Program-made: the position numbers and the translations under genes
Shown here: positions 1 to 11,079 of the stretch, piece by piece
Position numbering within the stretch: the stretch's first letter is position 1
How the letters are laid out: the number at the start of each line of letters is the position of its first letter
Assembly (NCBI GenBank): GCA_964016885.1
Contig: OZ024743.1
Location: 140,554,001-140,618,000 of the forward strand
Origin: Eledone cirrhosa
Lineage: Eukaryota
Direction: 5' to 3'
Length of the DNA: 64,000 nt
Notes under the pieces: generated by a model
Told to the model about the DNA's origin: nothing
Seen by the model: only the letters and a program-made list of their open reading frames with translations
Databases searched by the model: none

Positions 1-2559
1 TTGGTGCTTGGTGTTTGGTGTTTGATGCTTGGTGCTTGGTGCTTGGTGTTTGGTGCTTGGTGCTTGGTGTTTGGTGCTTGGTGCTTGGTGTTTGGTGCTT
101 GGTGTTTGGTGCTTGGTGCTTGGTGTTTGGTGTTTGGTGCTTGGTGTTGGGTGCTTGGTACTTGGTGCTTGGTGCTTGGTGTTAGGTGTTTGGTGCTTGG
201 TGCTTGGTATCTGGTGTCTGGTTTTTGGTGCTTGGTGCTTGGTGTTTGGTGTTTGGTGCTTGCTGCTGGCTGCTTGGTGTTTGGTGCTTGGTGAATGCTG
301 CTTGGTGTTTGGTGCTTGGTGTTTGTACTTGGTGCTTGGTGCTTGGTTCTTGGTGTTTGCTGCTTGGTGCTTGGTGTTTGGTGCTTGGTGTTTGGTGTTT
401 GGTGCTTGGTGTTTGGTGCTTGGTGTTTGGTGCTTGGTGCTTGGTGCTTGGTGCTTGGTGTTTGGTGCTTGGTGTTTGGTGCTTGGTGTTAGGTGTTTGG
501 TGCTTGGTGCTTGGTGTTTGCTGTTTGCTGTTTGGTGTTTGGTGTTTGGTGTTTGCTGTTTCGTGTCTACTTTTTGGTGTTTGGTTTTTTGCTGTATGTT
601 GTTTGGTGTTTGGTGTTTGGTGCTTGGTGCTTGGTGTTTGTACTTGATGCTTGGTGCTTGGTTCTTGGTGTTTGGTGCTTGGTGCTTGGTGTTTGGTGCT
701 TGGTGTTTGGTGTTTGGTGCTTGGTGTTTAGTGCTTGGTGTTTGGTGCTTGGTGCTTGGTGCTTGGTGCTTGGTGTTTGGTGCTTGGTGTTTGATGCTTG
801 GTGTTCGATGCTTGGTGCTTGGTGCTTGGTGTTTGGTGCTTGGTGCTTGGTGTTTGTACTTGGTGCTTGGTGCTCGGTTCTTGGTGTTTGGTGCTTGGTG
901 CTTGGTGTTTGGTGCTTGGTGCTTGGTGTTTGGTGCTTGGTGTTTGGTGCTTGGTGTTTGGTGCTTGGTGCTTGGTGCTTGGTGCTTGGTGTTTGGTGCT
1001 TGGTGTTTGGTGCTTGGTGTTAGGTGTTTGGTGCTTGGTGCTTGGTGTTTGGTGCTTGGTGTTTGGTGCTTGGTGTTTGGTGTTAGGTGTTTGATGCTTG
1101 GTGTTTGGTGTTTGGTGCTTGGTGTTTGGTGCTTGGTGCTTGGTGTTTGGTGTTTGGTGCTTGGTGTTTGGTGCTTGGTACTTGGTGCTTGGTGCTTGGT
1201 GTTAGGTGTTTGGTGCTTGGTGATTGGTTTTTGGTGCTTGGTGCTTGGTGTTTGGTGTTTGGTGCTTGCTGCTGGTTGCTTGGTGTTTGATGCTTGGTGC
1301 TTGGTGCTTGGTGCTTGGTGTTTGGTGCTTGGTGTTTGGTGCTTGGTGCTTGGTGCTTGGTGTTTGGTGTTTGGTGCTTGGTGCTTGGTGTTTGGTGTTT
1401 GTTGTTTGGTGCTTGGTGTCTGGTGCTTGGTGTTTGGTGTTTGGTGCTTGGTGTTTGGTGTTCGGTGTTTGGTGCTTTGTGCTTGGTGTTTGGTGTTCGG
1501 TGTTCGGTGCTTGGTGTTTGGTGTTTGGTGCTTTTTGCTTGGTGCTTGGTGCTTGGTGTTTGGTGCTTGGTGTTTGCTGCTGGGTGCTTGGTGCTTGGTG
1601 TTTGGTGTTTGGTGCTTGGTGCTTGGTGTTTGGTGTTTGGTGTTATATGCTTGGTGTTTGATGCTTGGTGCTTGTTGCTTGGTGTTTGGTGTTTGGCGTT
1701 TGATGATTGGTGCTTGGTGCTTGGTGCTTGGTGCTTGGTGTTTGGTGCTTGGTGTTTGGTGCTTGGTGCTTGGTGCTTGGTGCTTGGTGTTTGGTGGTTG
1801 GTGTTTGGTGCTTGGTGTTAGGTGTTTGGTGCTTGGTGCTTGGTGTTTGGTGTTTGGTGCTTGGTGTTTGGTGTTTGGTGCTTGGTGTTTGGTGCTTGGT
1901 GCTAGGTGTTTGGTGCTTGGAGCATGGTGCTTGGTGTTTGGTGCTTGGTGTTTGGTGCTTGGTGCTTGGTGCTTGGTGCTTGGTGTTTGGTGGTTGGTGT
2001 TTGGTGCTTGGTGTTAGGTGTTTGGTGCTTGGTGCTTGGTGTTTGGTGTTTGGTGCTTGGTGTTTGGTGTTTGGTGCTTGGTGTTTGGTGCTTTTTGCTT
2101 GGTGCTTGGTGCTTGGTGTTTGGTGCTTGGTGTTTGGTGCTGGGTGCTTGGTGCTTGGTGTTTGGTGTTTGGTGCTTGGTTCTTGGTGTTTGGTATTTGG
2201 TGTTATATGCTTGATGTTTGATCCTTGGTGCTTGGTGCTTGGTGTTTGGTGTTTGGTGCTTGGTGTTTGATGCTTGGTGCTTGGTGCTTGGTGTTTGGTG
2301 CTTGGTGCTTGGTGTTTGGTGCTTGGTGCTTGGTGCTTGCTGTTTGGTGCTTGGTGTTTGGTGCTTGGTGCTTGGTGCTTGGTGCTTGCTGTTTGGTGGT
2401 TGGTGCTTGGTGCTTGGTGTTAGGTGTTTGGTGCTTGGTGCTTGGTGTTTGGTGCTTGGTGTTTGGTGTTTGGTGCTTGGTGTTTGGTGCTTGGTACTTG
2501 GTGCTTGGTGCTTGGTGTTAGGTGTTTGGTGCTTGGTGCTTGGTGTCTGGTTTTTGGTG

Positions 2560-5500
2560 CTTGGTGCTTGGTGTTTGGTGTTTGGTGCTTGCTGCTGGCT
2601 GCTTGGTGTTTGGTGCTTGGTGATTGCTGCTTGGTGTTTGGTGCTTGGTGTTTGGTGTTTGGTGCTAGGTGCTTGGTGTTTGGTGCTTGCTGCTTGGTGT
2701 TTGTACTTGGTGCTTGGTGCTTGGTTCTTGGTGTTTGGTGCTTGGTGCTTGGTGTTTGGTGCTTGGTGCTTGGTGTTTGGTGCTTGGTGATTGGTGCTTG
2801 GTGCTTGGTGCTTGGTGCTTGGTGTTTGGTGCTTGGTGTTTGGTGCTTGGTGTTAGGTGTTTGTTGCTTGGTGCTTGGTCTTTGGTGTTTGGTGCTGGGT
2901 GTTTGGTGTTTGGTGTTATATGCTTGGTGTTTGATGCTTGGTGCTTGGTGCTTGGTGTTTGGTGCTTGGTGTTTGATGCTTGGTGCTTGGTGCTTGGTGT
3001 TTGGTGCTTGGTGCTTGGTGTTTGTACTTGGTGCTTGGTGCTTGGTTCTTGGTGTTTGGTGATTGGTGCTTGGTGTTTGGTGCTTGGTGCTTAGTGTTTG
3101 GTGCTTGGTGTTTGGTGCTTGGTGTTTGGTGCTTGGTGCTTGGTGCTTGGTGCTTGGTGTTTGGTGCTTGGTGTTTGGTGCTTGGTGTTTGGTGCTTGGT
3201 GCTTGGTGCTTGGTGTTTAGTGTTTGGTGGTTGGTGTTTGGTGTTTGGTGTCAGGTGTTTGGTGCTTGGTGTTTGGTGTTTGGTGCTTGGTGTTTGGTGC
3301 TTGGTGCTTGGTGTTTGGTGTTTGGTGCTTGGTGTTTGGTGCTTGGTACTTGGTGCTTGGTGCTTGGTGTTAGGTGTTTGGTGCTTGGTGCTTGGTGTTT
3401 GGTTTTTGGTGCTTGGTGTTTGGTGTTTGGTGCTTGCTGCTGGCTGTTTGGTGTTTGATGCTTGGTGATTGGTGCTTGGTGTTTGGTGCTTGGTGTTTGG
3501 TGTTTGGTGCTAGGTGCTTGGTGTTTGGTGCTTGGTGCTGGGTGGTTGGTGTTTAGTGTTTGGTGTTTGGTGCTGGGTGCTTGGTGTTTGCTGCTTGGTG
3601 CTTGGTCTTTGGTGCTTGGTGTTTGGTGTTTGGTGCTTGGTGCTTGGTGCTTGGTGTTTGGTGCTTGGTGCTTGGTGTTTGGTGCTTGGTGTTTAGTGTT
3701 TGGTGCTTGGTGCTTAGTGTTTGGTGCTAGGTGCTTGGTGTTTGGTGCTTGGTGTTTAGGTGCCTGGTGCTTGGTGTTTGGTGTTTGGTGTTTGGTGCTT
3801 GCTGCTTGGTGTTTGGTGTTTGCTGTTTGCTGTTTGGTGTTTGTTGTTTGGTGTTTGTTGTTTGGTGTTTGCTGTTTGGTGTTTGGTGTTTGCTTTTTGG
3901 TGTTTAGTGTTTGCTGTATGTTGTTTGCTGTTTGGTGTTTGGTGTTTGGTGTTTGGTGTTTGGTGCTTGTTCCTTGGTGTTTGGTGCTTGGTGTTTGGTG
4001 TCTGGTGCTTGGTGCTTGGTGCTTGGTGTTTGGTGTTTGGTGCTTGGTGCTTGGTGCTTGGAGTTTGGTGTTTGGTGCTTGGTGCTTGGTGTTTTGTGTT
4101 TCGTGTTTGGTTTTTGGTGCTTGGTGCTTGGTGCTTGGTCCTTGGTGTTTGGTGCTGGGTGCTTTGTGTTTGGTGCTTGGTGCTTGGTGCTTGGTGTTTG
4201 GTGTTTGCTGCTTGGTGTTTGATGCTTGGTGCTTGGTGCTTGGTGTTTTGTGTTTGGTGCTTGGTGCTTGGTGTTTGGTGTTTGGTTCTTGGTGCTTGGT
4301 GCTTGGTGTTTGTACTTGGTGCTTGGTGCTTGGTGTTTGGTTCTTTGTTCTTGGTGTTTGGTGTTTGGCGTTTGGTGTTTGGTGCTTGGTGCTTGGTGTT
4401 TGGTGCCTGGTGCTTGGTGCTTGGTGCTTGGAGTTTGGTGTTTGGTGTTTGGTTTTTGGTGCTGGGTGCTTGGGCCTTGGTGTTTGGTGCTGGGTGCTTT
4501 GTGTTTGGTGCTTGGTGCTTGGTGTTTGGTGTTTGCTGCTTGGTGTTTGATGCTTGGTGCTTGGTGCTTGGTGTTTTGTGTTTGGTGCTTGGTTCTTGGT
4601 GTTTGGTGCTTGGTGCTTGGTGCTTGGTGTTTGGTGCTTGGTGCTTGGTGTTTGGTGCTTGGTGTTTGGTGCTTGGTGCTTGGTGTTTGGTGTTTGGTGC
4701 TTGGTGTTGGGTGCTTGGTACTTGGTGCTTGGTGCTTGGTGTTAGGTGTTTGGTGCTTGGTGCTTGGTGTCTGGTGTCTGGTTTTTGGTGCTTGGTGCTT
4801 GGTGTTTGGTGTTTGGTGCTTGCTGCTGGCTGCTTGGTGTTTGGTGCTTGGTGATTGCTGCTTGGTGTTTGGTGCTTGGTGTTTGTACTTGGTGCTTGGT
4901 GCTTGGTTCTTGGTGTTTGCTGCTTGGTGCTTGGTGTTTGGTGCTTGGTGTTTGGTGTTTGGTGCTTGGTGTTTGGTGCTTGGTGTTTGGTGCTTGGTGC
5001 TTGGTGCTTGGTGTTTGGTGCTTGGTGTTTGGTGCTTGGTGTTAGGTGTTTGGTGCTTGGTGCTTGGTGTTTGCTGTTTGCTGTTTGGTGTTTGGTGTTT
5101 GGTGTTTGCTGTTTCGTGTCTACTTTTTGGTGTTTGGTTTTTTGCTGTATGTTGTTTGGTGTTTGGTGTTTGGTGCTTGGTGCTTGGTGTTTGTACTTGA
5201 TGCTTGGTGCTTGGTTCTTGGTGTTTGGTGCTTGGTGCTTGGTGTTTGGTGCTTGGTGTTTGGTGTTTGGTGCTTGGTGTTTGGTGCTTGGTGTTTGGTG
5301 CTTGGTGCTTGGTGCTTGGTGCTTGGTGTCTGGTGCTTAGTGTTTGGTGCTTGGTGTTCGATGCTTGGTGCTTGGTGCTTGGTGTTTGGTGCTTGGTGCT
5401 TGGTGTTTGTACTTGGTGCTTGGTGCTCGGTTCTTGGTGTTTGGTGCTTGGTGCTTGGTGTTTGGTGCTTGGTGCTTGGTGTTTGGTGCTTGGTGTTTGG

Positions 5501-8500
5501 TGCTTGGTGTTTGGTGCTTGGTGCTTGGTGCTTGGTGCTTGGTGTTTGGTGATTGGTGTTTGGTGCTTGGTGTTAGGTGTTTGGTGCTTGGTGCTTGGTG
5601 TTTGGTGCTTGGTGTTTGGTGCTTGGTGTTTGGTGTTTGGTGCTTGCTGCTGGCTGCTTGGTGTTTGGTGCTTGGTGATTGCTGCTTGGTGTTTGGTGCT
5701 TGGTGTTTGGTGTTTGGTGCTAGGTGCTTGGTGTTTGGTGCTTGCTGCTTGGTGTTTGTACTTGGTGCTTGGTGCTTGGTTCTTGGTGTTTGGTGCTTGG
5801 TGCTTGGTGTTTGGTGCTTGGTGCTTGGTGTTTGGTGCTTGGTGATTGGTGCTTGGTGCTTGGTGCTTGGTGCTTGGTGTTTGGTGCTTGGTGTTTGGTG
5901 CTTGGTGTTAGGTGTTTGTTGCTTGGTGCTTGGTCTTTGGTGTTTGGTGCTGGGTGTTTGGTGTTTGGTGTTATATGCTTGGTGTTTGATGCTTGGTGCT
6001 TGGTGCTTGGTGTTTGGTGCTTGGTGTTTGATGCTTGGTGCTTGGTGCTTGGTGTTTGGTGCTTGGTGCTTGGTGTTTGTACTTGGTGCTTGGTGCTTGG
6101 TTCTTGGTGTTTGGTGATTGGTGCTTGGTGTTTGGTGCTTGGTGCTTAGTGTTTGGTGCTTGGTGTTTGGTGCTTGGTGTTTGGTGCTTGGTGCTTGGTG
6201 CTTGGTGCTTGGTGTTTGGTGCTTGGTGTTTGGTGCTTGGTGTTTGGTGCTTGGTGCTTGGTGCTTGGTGTTTAGTGTTTGGTGGTTGGTGTTTGGTGTT
6301 TGGTGTCAGGTGTTTGGTGCTTGGTGTTTGGTGTTTGGTGCTTGGTGTTTGGTGCTTGGTGCTTGGTGTTTGGTGTTTGGTGCTTGGTGTTTGGTGCTTG
6401 GTACTTGGTGCTTGGTGCTTGGTGTTAGGTGTTTGGTGCTTGGTGCTTGGTGTTTGGTTTTTGGTGCTTGGTGTTTGGTGTTTGGTGCTTGCTGCTGGCT
6501 GTTTGGTGTTTGATGCTTGGTGATTGGTGCTTGGTGTTTGGTGCTTGGTGTTTGGTGTTTGGTGCTAGGTGCTTGGTGTTTGGTGCTTGGTGCTGGGTGG
6601 TTGGTGTTTAGTGTTTGGTGTTTGGTGCTGGGTGCTTGCTGTTTGCTGCTTGGTGCTTGGTCTTTGGTGCTTGGTGTTTGGTGTTTGGTGCTTGGTGCTT
6701 GGTGCTTGGTGTTTGGTGCTTGGTGCTTGGTGTTTGGTGCTTGGTGTTTAGTGTTTGGTGCTTGGTGCTTAGTGTTTGGTGCTAGGTGCTTGGTGTTTGG
6801 TGCTTGGTGTTTAGGTGCCTGGTGCTTGGTGTTTGGTGTTTGGTGTTTGGTGCTTGCTGCTTGGTGTTTGGTGTTTGCTGTTTGCTGTTTGGTGTTTGTT
6901 GTTTGGTGTTTGTTGTTTGGTGTTTGCTGTTTGGTGTTTGGTGTTTGCTTTTTGGTGTTTAGTGTTTGCTGTATGTTGTTTGCTGTTTGGTGTTTGGTGT
7001 TTGGTGTTTGGTGTTTGGTGCTTGTTCCTTGGTGTTTGGTGCTTGGTGTTTGGTGTCTGGTGCTTGGTGCTTGGTGCTTGGTGTTTGGTGTTTGGTGCTT
7101 GGTGCTTGGTGCTTGGAGTTTGGTGTTTGGTGCTTGGTGCTTGGTGTTTTGTGTTTCGTGTTTGGTTTTTGGTGCTTGGTGCTTGGTGCTTGGTCCTTGG
7201 TGTTTGGTGCTGGGTGCTTTGTGTTTGGTGCTTGGTGCTTGGTGCTTGGTGTTTGGTGTTTGCTGCTTGGTGTTTGATGCTTGGTGCTTGGTGCTTGGTG
7301 TTTTGTGTTTGGTGCTTGGTGCTTGGTGTTTGGTGTTTGGTTCTTGGTGCTTGGTGCTTGGTGTTTGTACTTGGTGCTTGGTGCTTGGTGTTTGGTTCTT
7401 TGTTCTTGGTGTTTGGTGTTTGGCGTTTGGTGTTTGGTGCTTGGTGCTTGGTGTTTGGTGCCTGGTGCTTGGTGCTTGGTGCTTGGAGTTTGGTGTTTGG
7501 TGTTTGGTTTTTGGTGCTGGGTGCTTGGGCCTTGGTGTTTGGTGCTGGGTGCTTTGTGTTTGGTGCTTGGTGCTTGGTGTTTGGTGTTTGCTGCTTGGTG
7601 TTTGATGCTTGGTGCTTGGTGCTTGGTGTTTTGTGTTTGGTGCTTGGTTCTTGGTGTTTGGTGCTTGGTGCTTGGTGCTTGGTGTTTGGTGCTTGGTGCT
7701 TGGTGTTTGGTGCTTGGTGTTTGGTGCTTGGTGCTTGGTGTTTGGTGTTTGGTGCTTGGTGTTGGGTGCTTGGTACTTGGTGCTTGGTGCTTGGTGTTAG
7801 GTGTTTGGTGCTTGGTGCTTGGTGTCTGGTGTCTGGTTTTTGGTGCTTGGTGCTTGGTGTTTGGTGTTTGGTGCTTGCTGCTGGCTGCTTGGTGTTTGGT
7901 GCTTGGTGATTGCTGCTTGGTGTTTGGTGCTTGGTGTTTGTACTTGGTGCTTGGTGCTTGGTTCTTGGTGTTTGCTGCTTGGTGCTTGGTGTTTGGTGCT
8001 TGGTGTTTGGTGTTTGGTGCTTGGTGTTTGGTGCTTGGTGTTTGGTGCTTGGTGCTTGGTGCTTGGTGCTTGGTGTTTGGTGCTTGGTGTTTGGTGCTTG
8101 GTGTTAGGTGTTTGGTGCTTGGTGCTTGGTGTTTGCTGTTTGCTGTTTGGTGTTTGGTGTTTGGTGTTTGCTGTTTCGTGTCTACTTTTTGGTGTTTGGT
8201 TTTTTGCTGTATGTTGTTTGGTGTTTGGTGTTTGGTGCTTGGTGCTTGGTGTTTGTACTTGATGCTTGGTGCTTGGTTCTTGGTGTTTGGTGCTTGGTGC
8301 TTGGTGTTTGGTGCTTGGTGTTTGGTGTTTGGTGCTTGGTGTTTGGTGCTTGGTGTTTGGTGCTTGGTGCTTGGTGCTTGGTGCTTGGTGTCTGGTGCTT
8401 GGTGGTTGGTGCTTGGTGTTCGATGCTTGGTGCTTGGTGCTTGGTGTTTGGTGCTTGGTGCTTGGTGTTTGTACTTGGTGCTTGGTGCTCGGTTCTTGGT

Positions 8501-8690
8501 GTTTGGTGCTTGGTGCTTGGTGTTTGGTGCTTGGTGCTTGGTGTTTGGTGCTTGGTGTTTGGTGCTTGGTGTTTGGTGCTTGGTGCTTGGTGCTTGGTGC
8601 TTGGTGTTTGGTGCTTGGTGTTTGGTGCTTGGTGTTAGGTGTTTGGTGCTTGGTGCTTGGTGTTTGGTGCTTGGTGTTTGGTGCTTGGTG
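2560..8690 (+). repeat. Higher-order tandem duplication, period about 3,055 bp (2 copies; the tail also recurs at 1-~1,290)
   Basis: Variant markers and ORF coordinates recur at +3055 (2669/5724, 3063/6118, 3462/6517, 3760/6815, 4226/7281, 4746/7801) and then +3062. The window start recurs at +7615 (186/7801, 493/8108, 1087/8702). Confidence 0.88.
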
Positions 8691-11079
8691 TTTGGTGTTA
8701 GGTGTTTGATGCTTGGTGTTTGGTGTTTGGTGCTTGGTGTTTGGTGCTTGGTGCTTGGTGTTTGGTGTTTGGTGCTTGGTGTTTGGTGCTTGGTACTTGG
8801 TGCTTGGTGCTTGGTGTTAGGTGTTTGGTGCTTGGTGATTGGTTTTTGGTGCTTGGTGCTTGGTGTTTGGTGTTTGGTGCTTGCTGCTGGCTGCTTGGTG
8901 TTTGATGCTTGGTGATTGGTGCTTGGTGTTTGGTGCTTGGTGTTTGGTGTTTGGTGCTAGGTGCTTGGTGTTAGGTGTTTGGTGCTTGGTGCTTGGTGTT
9001 TGGTGTTTGGTGCTTGGTGTTTGGTGTTTGGTGTTTGGTGCTTGGTGCTTGGTGTTTGGTGCTTGGTGTTTGGTGCTTGGTATTTGGTACTTGGTGCTTG
9101 GTGTTAGGTGTTTGGTGCTTGGTGCTTGGTGTTTGGTTTTTGGTGCTTGGTGCTTGGTGTTTGGTGTTTGGTGCTTGCTGCTGGCTGCTTGGTGTTTGGT
9201 GCTTGGTGATTGGTGCTTGGTGTTTGGTGCTAGGTGCTTGGTGCTTGGTGTTTGGTGCTTGGTGTTTGGTGCTTGGTGCTTGGTGTTTGGTGCTTGGTGC
9301 TTGGTGCTTGGTGTTTGGTGCTTGGTGCTTGGTGTTTAGTGCTTGGTGCTTAGTGTTTGGTGCTAGGTGCTTGGGGTTTGGTTCTTGGTTCTTGGTGTTA
9401 GGTATTTGCTGTTTGCTGTTTGGTGTTTGTTGTTTGGTGTTTGTTGTTTGGTGTTTGCTGTTTGGTGTTTGGTGTTTGCTGTTTCGTGTCTGCTTTTTGG
9501 TGTTTGGTGTTTGCTGTATGTTGTTTGGTGTTTGGTGTTTGGTGTTTGGTGTTTGGTGCTTGGTGCTTGGTGCTTGGTGCTTGCTGTTTGGTGCTTGGTG
9601 TTTGGTGCTTGGTGCTTGCTGTTAGGTGTTTGGTGTTTGGTTCTTGGTGCTTGGTGTTTGGTGTTTGGTGTCTGGTGCTTGGTGCTTGGTGCTTGGTGTT
9701 TGGTGCCTGGTGCTTGGTGCTTGGTGTTTGGTGTTTGATGCTTGGTGCTTGGTGCTTGGTGCTTGGTGTTTTGTGTTTGGTGTTTGGTTTTTGGTGCTTG
9801 GTGCTTGGTGCTTGGTCCTTGGTGTTTGGTGCTGGGTGCTTTGTGTTCGGTGCTTGGTGTTTGGTGTTTGCTGCTTGGTGTTTGATGCTTGGTGCTTGGT
9901 GCTTGGTGTTTTGTGTTTGGTGCTTGGTGCTTGGTGTTTGGTGCTTGGTGCTTGGTGTTTGTACTTGGTGCTTGGTGCTTGGTGTTTGGTTCTTGGTTCT
10001 TGGTGTTTGGTACTTGGTGCTTGGTGCTTGGTGCTTGGTGTTTCGTGTTTGGTGCTTGGTGTTTGGTGCTTGGTGCTTGGTGCTTGGTGCTTGGTGCTTG
10101 GTGTTTGGTACTTGGTGTTTGGTGTTTGCTGTTTGGTGTTTGGTGTTTGGTGTTTGGTGTTTGCTGTTTGGTGTCTGCTTTTTGGTGTTTAGTGTTTGCT
10201 GTATGGTGTTTGCTGTTTCGTGTTTGGTGTTTGTTGTTTGGAGTTTGGTCTTTGGTGCTTGGTGTTTGGTGCTTGGTGCTTGGTGCTTGGTGTTTGGTGT
10301 TTGGTGTTTGGTGTTTGGTGCTTGGTGTTTGGTGTTCGGTGTTTGGTGCTTTGTGCTTGGTGTTTGGTGTTCGGTGTTTGGTGCTTGGTGTTTGGTGTTT
10401 GGTGCTTTTTGCTTGGTGCTTGGTGCTTGGTGTTTGGTGCTTGGTGTTTGGTACTGGGTGCTTGGTGCTTGGTGTTTGGTGTTTGGTGCTTGGTGCTTGG
10501 TGTTTGGTGTTTGGTGTTATATGCTTGGTGTTTGATGCTTGGTGCTTGGTGCTTGGTGCTTGGTGTTTGGCGTTTGATGATTGGTGCTTGGTGCTTGGTG
10601 TTTGGTGCTTGGTGCTTGGTGTTTGTACTTGGTGCTTGGTGCTTGGTGCTTGGTGTTTGGTGCTTGGTGTTTGGTGCTTGGTGCTTGGTGCTTGGTGCTT
10701 GGTGTTTGGTGGTTGGTGTTTGGTGCTTGGTGTTAGGTGTTTGGTGCTTGGTGCTTGGTGTTTGGTGTTTGGTGCTTGGTGTTTGGTGTTTGGTGCTTGG
10801 TGTTTGGTGCTTGGTACTTGGTGCTTGGTGCTAGGTGTTTGGTGCTTGGAGCATGGTGCTTGGTGTTTGGTGCTTGGTGTTTGGTGCTTGGTGCTTGGTG
10901 CTTGGTGCTTGGTGTTTGGTGGTTGGTGTTTGGTGCTTGGTGTTAGGTGTTTGGTGCTTGGTGCTTGGTGTTTGGTGTTTGGTGCTTGGTGTTTGGTGTT
11001 TGGTGCTTGGTGTTTGGTGCTTTTTGCTTGGTGCTTGGTGCTTGGTGTTTGGTGCTTGGTGTTTGGTGCTGGGTGCTTG

